From Acidobacteriota bacterium (lineage in GTDB: Bacteria; Acidobacteriota; Terriglobia; Acidiferrales; UBA7541), in assembly GCA_003167215.1 (NCBI GenBank), contig PMTV01000051.1, positions 368-64,367 on the forward strand: 64,000 nt of DNA, given 5' to 3'. The notes below the pieces were generated by a model. That model worked only from the letters and a program-made list of their open reading frames with translations, did no database searches and had not been told where the DNA came from. Made by a program: the position numbers and the translations under genes. Below, piece by piece: positions 37,701 to 44,744 of this stretch. Position 1 is the first letter of the stretch. Each line of letters begins with the position of its first letter.

Positions 37701-38511
37701 TGGCATGCCTCCCGGCTCCATCACTTTTCAGAATTGGTGCGATCCGAATAATCCGCTGATAGTGAACATCGTCGAGGAGGACTCGACCACCCAAACTTTC
37801 ACTACAAATTCGAACTACGCTCCGTGCAACGGCACAGCGGACGGGACATTCACGTACACCGGTGCCGGGTGGACAGGTACCGGGGCAGGCGGGCCGGCAG
37901 CTTTTTCGATTTTTCAATACGGGACCTCCGACACCATGTCAGGGGATTACCAGGGAACATTTGATAACGGCTCGACGTTTGACGAAGGTGTGGTAGGGAA
38001 TTCAGCCGTCAACATCACAGTTCAGAATAATTTCAGTGTTCAAGGTTCCGTCACGGTCGGTGCAAATAATCTTTGCGCGTCACAAACGGCGCCCCTAAGT
38101 CTTTCGCTCCAGGACCCCGCGGCCATTGCGAACGGCGTGGATCCTGCCGACAACGTAAGTTCGATCAGTTCCGGCGACGTGGTAGAAATTGCTGCAGCGA
38201 ATAGCACCACCGGCGATCTTGTGTTTTTTGTTCTCACTGGAACGGGACCGGATGGAGTCGCGCAAGAGCCTGAAGGAACCATGTGGGCCACGGGAACCTA
38301 CGTTAGCGGCCCCGCGTGTCCGGCAGGCACCGCATTTTACGATAAGCCCTTCAAGAAACTCCAAGCAAAGAGCGGTCCTCCTCACAGGCAGCGCTGGCTG
38401 CCAATTCGAGGTCATCACGGGACGAGCTGGGAAGCCAAAATTCAAAAAATAATCCGCGAAGCGCAAGGACGTCGATTGGAAACGACGCACCGCTTTGAAT
38501 TCTTTTTTTGA
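34702..38511 (+). CDS. Large secreted multidomain protein: PQQ-like beta-propeller + 2 Fn3-like (chitobiase-C-like) repeats + legume-lectin-like domain + unknown C-terminal domain
   Basis: ORF 34603..38511, with ATG 34702 giving the signal peptide MVEFPGRIPIPIISRNAVLLVLTALLMSLPSSAQ. The propeller-like N-terminus is YDTARTGQN...VDGYVYAQPLYV...HDSLYAFDADTGSQLW. There are two ~80-aa repeats with the core (I)YYTT(D/N)G(S/T)xPT (nt ~36349-36833). The lectin-like block is FNGSTDLDDSRLQLTNAEQDEAGSAF...ADGITFTIQN...VAVKYDLYNN...AFVGFTGGTG (nt ~36841-37492). Confidence 0.7.
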   Translation: MVEFPGRIPIPIISRNAVLLVLTALLMSLPSSAQTSILTQHYDTARTGQNTAETVLNPTNVNSTTFGKLFSLTVDGYVYAQPLYVPALAIPGNGTHNVLYVATEHDSLYAFDADTGSQLWMVSFLINGATTLSTSNVGGTQDINPEIGITGTPTIDPTTNTLYIVVNTLEGGNIIYRLHAIDITTGVEKLGGPVFMTASVAGTAPDGNGSTVPLNPQWANQRPGLLLLNGFIYIGFSSHGDNGPWHGWLLGYNKTTLAQTGVWCTSPNGKGNGIWGAGSGIAADAAGNIYVSTGNGDDTVTTPAPPPSTTIDYGDSIVRVGLTNGVPVPTDYFTPWNQASLDSADEDLGSGGVLVVPDQTTAPFEHILIQSGKQGEVYVVNRDKMTSDGSHYCNGCTSDPEIIQSISSGAGLWSMPAYWNSQIYLWGNGGHLEAYSLTNDMLSQSPTSKSAESSNFPGSTPVVSSNGTGNGIVWAVETDAYTSSGPAILRAYNATNVSNLLYGSNLTSGRDTLGPAVKFVVPVVTNGKVYVGTQKQVNVFGLLSGESQAVAPVFRPAGGSYGAGLQVTMSSTSPSASIYYTTDGSTPTGGSTLYAGPLTVTDTTTFNAIAISEGFLQSAVFTATYTIQDQAAPPDVSPSAGTYSSAQSVQLSDTSPTPTIYYTTNGTMPTHSSTKYTVPISVTSTTTITAIASSPGLNDSPAVTATFTINPNAATINFGMGFSMPGCMKFNGSTDLDDSRLQLTNAEQDEAGSAFCTTPINITNFITDFTFQLSDAQADGITFTIQNSAAGASALGPAGGGLGYGPDSTGGTPGISNSVAVKYDLYNNEGEGDDSTGLYTNGASPTVPATDMTSSGVILNSGDTMSVHITYDGTTLAMTITDSTVNATFSTSWPINIPQTIGGNTAFVGFTGGTGGETASQKIETWTFASTPPSQWVIQSTAVSPNAAPYTTAVPGSTAPLGEQNLFIIFDTSNPGVLATLGSPNILSSTDSLDSIDGGFGMPPGSITFQNWCDPNNPLIVNIVEEDSTTQTFTTNSNYAPCNGTADGTFTYTGAGWTGTGAGGPAAFSIFQYGTSDTMSGDYQGTFDNGSTFDEGVVGNSAVNITVQNNFSVQGSVTVGANNLCASQTAPLSLSLQDPAAIANGVDPADNVSSISSGDVVEIAAANSTTGDLVFFVLTGTGPDGVAQEPEGTMWATGTYVSGPACPAGTAFYDKPFKKLQAKSGPPHRQRWLPIRGHHGTSWEAKIQKIIREAQGRRLETTHRFEFFF

Positions 38512-38548
38512 GTGCAACGAGGAATTATCCTTCATCGGTTTCAGAGAG

Positions 38549-39556
38549 TTACCGTCGCACGGCCATCAGGAAGACGAATCCGTCAACGCTATAGGTGACT
38601 TTGCCGTTGCCCAGAGAGAAGGGCTGTGCAGTTTCAGCGCGGATTTTTCTGATGGCGACTAGCAGCTTTGGCAATTGCGAAGGATTATCTACTGGAACGT
38701 TGTGGGAGGGCAGCAGCAGGTGAAGCTGAGGCGCCAGCGCCGCGATTCGCTCGACGGAGCGAACGTATGCGTCGAGATCGGTTTCAGGACGGTAGAGCCA
38801 AATTGTTCCTGCGTAGAAACTATCTCCAGTAAATAGCAGTCCATTTTTGCGGTCCAGCAGGCAAATTGCATCCGGCGTATGTCCTGGCGTCGAGACTATT
38901 TGAAGGACTCGGCCGCCGAGATCGACTGTGTCGCCGTCGTGAATCCAGTGAGTAATTTGAAATGGGCGCGTGGCATAAGACTTCGCGTCAAATTCTGCGG
39001 GCAACGCGCCGCAGACCGATCCGGGAGCAAGCTCCGCCTGCGCATCGGCGCTCGATCCCTTCGCGTTGGCGCGTGTGAAGTCCGTATCCATGCCATAGAT
39101 TTCGTCGAACTCCCAGTTGTCTCCAACATGGTCGTTGTGCGTATGCGAATTCAGCACGGCGATTGGCAAAGACGTCAGCGGCGTGACCACGCGCTTGATG
39201 TCGCCAATGCCCAGGCCGGTATCGAACAGAACTGCGCGTTTGTCGCCAAGTATCAGAAAGGAGATCGCTTCCTCGAATTGATGCGGCTCGTAAATCGCAA
39301 ACACTCCCGGCGCGACTTTGTAGACTTCGAACCAGGGATCGGCTGACTGCACGCGTTCAAGATCTTTGTATCGCGGGCGGGGGAGCTGCTTGCACCAGTC
39401 GGGCGTTACGTTGCTATTCGAGGACTGCGCGCCCACAGGTGTTGCAGCGGTAGTTATCGCGATAAGCGCGATAGCGATATAACTGAAATTCGTTGCCCTG
39501 CGCGTTCCCATGGAAGCGGGATTATAGCGCGGATTTCGATTTTGGCTTCCTGGCAT
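38549..39556 (-). CDS. Secreted MBL-fold metallo-hydrolase
   Basis: Has an N-terminal signal/anchor (FSYIAIALIAITTAATPVGAQS), the HxHxDH motif NSHTHNDHVGDN, and a later TPGHTPD. Confidence 0.8.
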   Translation of the reverse strand: MPGSQNRNPRYNPASMGTRRATNFSYIAIALIAITTAATPVGAQSSNSNVTPDWCKQLPRPRYKDLERVQSADPWFEVYKVAPGVFAIYEPHQFEEAISFLILGDKRAVLFDTGLGIGDIKRVVTPLTSLPIAVLNSHTHNDHVGDNWEFDEIYGMDTDFTRANAKGSSADAQAELAPGSVCGALPAEFDAKSYATRPFQITHWIHDGDTVDLGGRVLQIVSTPGHTPDAICLLDRKNGLLFTGDSFYAGTIWLYRPETDLDAYVRSVERIAALAPQLHLLLPSHNVPVDNPSQLPKLLVAIRKIRAETAQPFSLGNGKVTYSVDGFVFLMAVRR

Positions 39557-39601
39557 ACAGCATACGAAGATAGAAGTGTGGGACGAACGACCAGAGCGCG
39601 C

Positions 39602-42364
39602 TTATTCAATCTGCTTGAGGCGGTCTAGGAGCTTTTGATGTTCGATTTCGCGCGATGCCAGGGTGGTGCGCAGGTCGTCCACGATTTTGGCGGGGGCCTT
39701 GCTGATGAATGTTTCGTCGCCGAGGCGTGCCTGCTTGGATGCGACGTCTTTCGCCAGGCGGTCGATCTCTTTTCGTAGGCGCGAAAGCTCGACGTCTTTG
39801 TCTACTGCTTCACCGTAGGCGATACGCAAGTCGAATTGCGAGGTGGAACGGACGGCGGCACCCGCGCCATCGAGACGGCTGGAAGAAATCTTCAGCACTG
39901 AAAGACTTGCCAGCCGGGTGAGAGGTTCAACATTTTGTTCAGCGAGGTTACGAATCGACGAATCGCTGCTGGAAAAATCCGCTGGGACTTTTCGCTTCTG
40001 ATCGATTTTCATTTCCGCGCGGATGTTTCGCGCCGCCGTAATGATTTCCTGCAATGTCGCAATTTGTTTGTCCGCTGCCGGGTCAGTCCAATTTGCGCGC
40101 GGCTCAGGGAACTTGGCGAGCGCTATAGAGCGAGCGCCTTCAGGCTGCGGCAATCGGTGCCACAGTTCTTCGGTGAGAAAAGGCATTACCGGATGCAGCA
40201 GGCGAAGCGCAGCTTCCAGTGCGGCAAAAATATTCCGCCAGGCGGCGACTGACACTTCGCGGTCGGCGGACGATAATTGCGGCTTCACCCACTCGATGTA
40301 CCAATCGCAGAAATCGCCCCAGAAGAAATGGTAGATAGTCTGGCAGGCTTCGTGAAAACGAAAATCCTGCAATGCGGCGCTGACCTCCGCAGATACGGCG
40401 GAAAGGCGCGAAAAAATCCAGCGGTGAATTAGGCCATCTTCGCCGGGGATCGCGTAGGGTGCTTGGGCGCGAATTTCGGGGGCGGCTAGTTCTTCGAGCG
40501 TGATGCCGGCCGAGGCTTCGGCTTTCTCCAGATTCATAAAAAGGAAGCGGGCGGCGTTCCAGATTTTGTTGGCGAAGGCGCGCGCACCGAGGATGCGGTC
40601 TTCGCTGAGGATGATGTCGGTTCCGGGGGCAGCCATGCTGGCTAGCATGTAGCGCAGGGCGTCGGTGCCGAATTTTTCTGTCAGCCCGAGTGGGTCAACT
40701 CCCGTGCCGTTGGTCTTGGACATCTTTGCGCCTTCGGCCGTGCGCACGAGCGAATGAAGGTAGAGACGGCGGAAGGGGATTCGCTCTTTGGGCCCTGCGC
40801 CCTGCATCAACTGCAGGCCCATCATGATCATCCGTGCGTCCCAGAAAAACAAAATATCGTAGCCGCTGATCAGCAGGCTGGTGGGGTAATACGTGCGCAG
40901 GTCTTCGGTGTCGTCGGGCCAGCCGAGGGTGGAAAAAGGCCAGAGCGCGGAGCTGAACCAGGTGTCCAGGACGTCTTTGTCCTGAGTGAGCTTCGCGTTG
41001 CCGCACTTCGGGCATTTTGTAGGTGGGCTGGCAGCGCGGGCGTGGCCTTCGACGATCTCGACGCGCGAGTCGAGCGCGGGAACCATTTCTTTGCACTCGG
41101 CACAATGCCAGATGGGAATGCGATGGCCCCACCAAAGCTGGCGAGAGATGCACCAGTCGCGAATATTTTCGAACCATTGCAGCAAAATGGTGCGCTGGTT
41201 GTCCGGAACAACTTCGATCAAGCCGTTGATGACAACTTGTGCGGCGGGCTCGGCGAGCGGCTTCATTTTCATGAACCATTGCGTGGAAACGCGCGGTTCG
41301 ACGATGGCTTTGCAGCGGTCACAGGTGCCGACGGAATGAGTGTGCTCGGCAATTTTTTCAAGCAAGTCTAATTTTTCAAGGTCGGCAATGATTCGCGCTC
41401 GCGCGATGAAACGTTCGAGCCAGGCGTATGGGCCGGCCGCTTCGTTCATGTGCCCGTCGTCGGTCATCACGTCGATTTGCGGAAGGTTGTGGCGCTTGCC
41501 GGTCTCGAAGTCGTTCGGATCGTGCGCCGGAGTGATTTTCACCGCGCCGGTGCCGAATTCGCGGTCCACCGAAGTGTCCGCGATTATTGGAATTTCGCGA
41601 TTCGCGAGCGGCAACAAAACCTTCTTGCCAATAAGGCGCTGGTAGCGCTCGTCGTCCGGGTGCACGGCGACCGCGGTATCGCCCAACATCGTTTCCGGGC
41701 GCGTGGTCGCAACGACAACCTGCTCTTTCGTTCCGGCGACGGGGTAGCGGATGTACCAGAGACTGCCGACGCGCTCATTGTGAACCACCTCTAGATCGCT
41801 GATGGCCGTCAGGCAGCGCGGGCACCAGTTGACCATATAACGTCCGCGATAAATTAGGCCTTCACGATAAAGGCGCAGAAAAGCCTCAAGCACGGCGCGG
41901 TAGAGCGCGGGTTCGAGGGTGAAACGCTCGCGCGTCCAATCGCAAGAAGCACCGAGGCGGATCATCTGTTCCTTGATTACGCCGCCGCTCTCCGCTTTCC
42001 ATTTCCAGACTCGGCGCTCAAATTCTTCGCGGCCCAAATCCTGCCGCTTGATTCCTTCCTTGTCGAGCATGCGCTCGACGACGAATTGCGTGGCGATTCC
42101 GGCGTGGTCCATGCCCGGGAGCCAAAGCGTGCGTTCGCCGCGCATGCGATGCCAGCGCACGAGCATGTCGATCTGCGTGTGCTCCAGCATGTGACCGATG
42201 TGTATCGAGCCGGTGACGTTGGGCGGCGGAAGCGCAATCGAGAACGTCCGTCCGCTGCCATCGCCGGAGTTTTCCGCGCGAAACAATTTCTCGTCAAACC
42301 AGGCTTTGGCCCAGCGTTCTTCGATTTCCCGCGGCTCGTACGCCTTTGGTATTTCTTTCGGCAT
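39602..42364 (-). CDS. valS: Valine--tRNA ligase
   Basis: PPPNVTGSIHIGHMLEH (HIGH), KMSKTNG (KMSKS) and a C-terminal coiled coil. 920 aa. Confidence 0.95.
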   Translation of the reverse strand: MPKEIPKAYEPREIEERWAKAWFDEKLFRAENSGDGSGRTFSIALPPPNVTGSIHIGHMLEHTQIDMLVRWHRMRGERTLWLPGMDHAGIATQFVVERMLDKEGIKRQDLGREEFERRVWKWKAESGGVIKEQMIRLGASCDWTRERFTLEPALYRAVLEAFLRLYREGLIYRGRYMVNWCPRCLTAISDLEVVHNERVGSLWYIRYPVAGTKEQVVVATTRPETMLGDTAVAVHPDDERYQRLIGKKVLLPLANREIPIIADTSVDREFGTGAVKITPAHDPNDFETGKRHNLPQIDVMTDDGHMNEAAGPYAWLERFIARARIIADLEKLDLLEKIAEHTHSVGTCDRCKAIVEPRVSTQWFMKMKPLAEPAAQVVINGLIEVVPDNQRTILLQWFENIRDWCISRQLWWGHRIPIWHCAECKEMVPALDSRVEIVEGHARAASPPTKCPKCGNAKLTQDKDVLDTWFSSALWPFSTLGWPDDTEDLRTYYPTSLLISGYDILFFWDARMIMMGLQLMQGAGPKERIPFRRLYLHSLVRTAEGAKMSKTNGTGVDPLGLTEKFGTDALRYMLASMAAPGTDIILSEDRILGARAFANKIWNAARFLFMNLEKAEASAGITLEELAAPEIRAQAPYAIPGEDGLIHRWIFSRLSAVSAEVSAALQDFRFHEACQTIYHFFWGDFCDWYIEWVKPQLSSADREVSVAAWRNIFAALEAALRLLHPVMPFLTEELWHRLPQPEGARSIALAKFPEPRANWTDPAADKQIATLQEIITAARNIRAEMKIDQKRKVPADFSSSDSSIRNLAEQNVEPLTRLASLSVLKISSSRLDGAGAAVRSTSQFDLRIAYGEAVDKDVELSRLRKEIDRLAKDVASKQARLGDETFISKAPAKIVDDLRTTLASREIEHQKLLDRLKQIE

Positions 42365-42578
42365 TGCTTCCCTAAAGATGACCTCGCATATTCAATTCCA
42401 GGCCGCCACGGTCTCCCGTGTGTGGAGAGCGACCATGGCCTGCCAAATAGCGCGCAACGAATCTTCAATATTAGGGGCGGATGCTTCGTGCGTCAAATGA
42501 CACCGTAAATTCATCAGCGAGTCTTCGTCCAAAGGCGATGAGGGTGTTAAGATTCCCACCCCGAAAGAACGGGACTAA

Positions 42579-43865
42579 ATGGACAAGAAGAACTTCCTGT
42601 TCGTATCTTTAACCGGCCTGATCAGCGATATCGCCTGGCAAATCTCGAAAGAGGGCCACGAGGTACGCTATTTCATTGCCGACAAAAAAGAACGCGATAT
42701 CGCCGACGGCTTCGTGGCCAAGTCGAAAGACTGGGAAAAGGACAAAGACTGGGCGGACATCATCATTTTCGACGACACGCTGGGCCAGGGCGAAAAAGCG
42801 CAGGCGCTGCGCAAGGAGGAGAAACTTGTAATCGGGGGCACGGCGTACAGTGACAAGCTCGAAGACGACCGTTCGTTCGGCCAGGAAGAGCTAAAAAAAG
42901 CCGGAGTGAACATCATTCCGTACGGCGAATTCGAATCCTTCGATGACGCCATCGAGCACGTTACCCAGAATCCCAGCCGCTACGTTATCAAGCCGAGCGG
43001 CGAAGCGCAGAACGTCAAGCGCCGCCTGTTCGTCGGCGAAGAAGATGATGGCCAGGACGTGATCCGGATGTTGGAAGCTTACAAAAAAGCCTTCGCGGAC
43101 GAAATTAAGGTCTTTCAGTTACAGCGCCGCATGATCGGCGTGGAAGTCGCTGTCGGCGCTTTTTTCAATGGCAAAGCTTTCATCTATCCCATCAACATCA
43201 ATTTCGAGCATAAGAAACTTTTTCCCGGTGATATCGGGCCTCCCACTGGTGAGATGGGAACCTCCATGTTCTGGAGTGGTGCGAACCATCTCTTCAATCA
43301 GACGCTTTTGAAAATGGAGCCCAAGCTCGCCGAAGAAGGCTACGTAGGCTACATCGACGTGAACTGCATCGTGAATAACAACGGCATCTATCCGCTGGAG
43401 TTCACGGCGCGCTTCGGCTATCCCACGATCAGCATCCAGCAGGCCGGAATGATCACCCCAATCGGCCAATTCTTTTGGGATCTTGCGAGCGGCCTGGATC
43501 CGAAACTCAAAGTCCGCAGCGGGTTTCAGATCGGCGTCCGGATCGTAGTTCCGCCGTTTCCTTTCGATGACGACGAGACTTTCGATGCATTCTCCAAAAA
43601 TTCCGCAATCGTGTTCAAGAAGCCGCCCGCCGACGAAACCCACATCGAGGACGTCAAACAGCTTAACGGCCAGTGGCTCATCGCCGGAACTTCCGGCGTC
43701 ATCCTCATCATCGTCGGCACCGGCCAGACGATGAAGCAGGCCAAGGCGCAGGTGTACTCGCGCATCAAAAACGTTTTGATTCCTAACATGTACTACCGCA
43801 CAGACATCGGAGACCGTTGGGAAGAAGACAGCGACCGCCTGCATAACTGGGGCTACCTCCGCTAG
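42579..43865 (+). CDS. ATP-grasp protein of the PurD (phosphoribosylamine--glycine ligase) family, divergent orphan paralogue
   Basis: FEHKKLFPGDIGPPTGEMGTS matches PurD E-x-K...D-x-GP-x-TG-x-MG. LEFTARFGYPT corresponds to PurD EFNxRFGDPE, with DPE changed to YPT. No pur genes are adjacent. Confidence 0.6.
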   Translation: MDKKNFLFVSLTGLISDIAWQISKEGHEVRYFIADKKERDIADGFVAKSKDWEKDKDWADIIIFDDTLGQGEKAQALRKEEKLVIGGTAYSDKLEDDRSFGQEELKKAGVNIIPYGEFESFDDAIEHVTQNPSRYVIKPSGEAQNVKRRLFVGEEDDGQDVIRMLEAYKKAFADEIKVFQLQRRMIGVEVAVGAFFNGKAFIYPININFEHKKLFPGDIGPPTGEMGTSMFWSGANHLFNQTLLKMEPKLAEEGYVGYIDVNCIVNNNGIYPLEFTARFGYPTISIQQAGMITPIGQFFWDLASGLDPKLKVRSGFQIGVRIVVPPFPFDDDETFDAFSKNSAIVFKKPPADETHIEDVKQLNGQWLIAGTSGVILIIVGTGQTMKQAKAQVYSRIKNVLIPNMYYRTDIGDRWEEDSDRLHNWGYLR

Positions 43866-43916
43866 CAAGAACCAAGCTTCCGTCGAGCCGGCTGACGTAA
43901 CCGGAGTTATCCCCAA

Positions 43917-44624
43917 CTAATTAAAGTTATAGCCAAATTCCCAGAGCAACTGGTGGTTGCCGTTGGTTACGCCGGCGTTTCCGATTTGATAGGCCGCGTA
44001 AAATGTGAGTTTGGAACTGAGCTTTATGATCGCGCCGGGATTCACGTAGCCCGCGGAGTTATTCCCGGTGTACCACTCGGCTGCGAGCGTGAAGCGTTTG
44101 TTGAGGATTTGTTCGAAGGTGAACTGCCCGCCGGCGCGGTTGGCTTTGGCGACGACGTTGCGCGTAAAGTCGTACGCGCCCGCGGTGATGCGCGTGCCGT
44201 GCTTCCACTCTTTGGCGAGCGTGGCGTAGCCATAATTCCCCGCGTTGTAGGTCCGCAGGTATGCGGGAAAAAACAGATCGTCTCCAACAAAAAAAGACCA
44301 TCCTGACGTCTCGGCTTTCCAAACCCGCCATTTCACCGTCGGAGAAATTTCGTATTGTTCCAAAGTGGGGGCGCTGAGCCCGTCGAAGTTCACCCCCACT
44401 TCGATTCCGTGCCCGATGCCAACCACCACACGAGGAGTAAATGTGGCGAAAAGATTCACTGGGCGGACCGTGCCGTCCAGTTCGCCGTACACTTTTCTGT
44501 TGTCCAGGATGTCAGCGCTGGGGACGTCAAAAACGGTTTCTTGGGCGTAGGCGCTGCGTAATGGAAAGACGGTCAGGAAAAGCAGCAGAAACTTAAAGGA
44601 TTTAATGGAACGTGGCCGGCGCAA
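43917..44624 (-). CDS. Putative outer-membrane beta-barrel protein
   Basis: Signal peptide MRRPRSIKSFKFLLLFLTVFPLRSAYAQ. The pattern alternates and is rich in Gly and aromatic residues. The C-terminus is ...LLWEFGYNFN. Confidence 0.45.
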   Translation of the reverse strand: MRRPRSIKSFKFLLLFLTVFPLRSAYAQETVFDVPSADILDNRKVYGELDGTVRPVNLFATFTPRVVVGIGHGIEVGVNFDGLSAPTLEQYEISPTVKWRVWKAETSGWSFFVGDDLFFPAYLRTYNAGNYGYATLAKEWKHGTRITAGAYDFTRNVVAKANRAGGQFTFEQILNKRFTLAAEWYTGNNSAGYVNPGAIIKLSSKLTFYAAYQIGNAGVTNGNHQLLWEFGYNFN

Positions 44625-44744
44625 GGTGCATCAGGATAACGTACACATCCACCACCGCCCTACAGTTTTGCAGAGCGAAATCCGCGGTTTGGCAAACCTC
44701 GCCTGGGAATTCTCACAGAGGGGAAGACTGGCGCCGAGCTCGGT

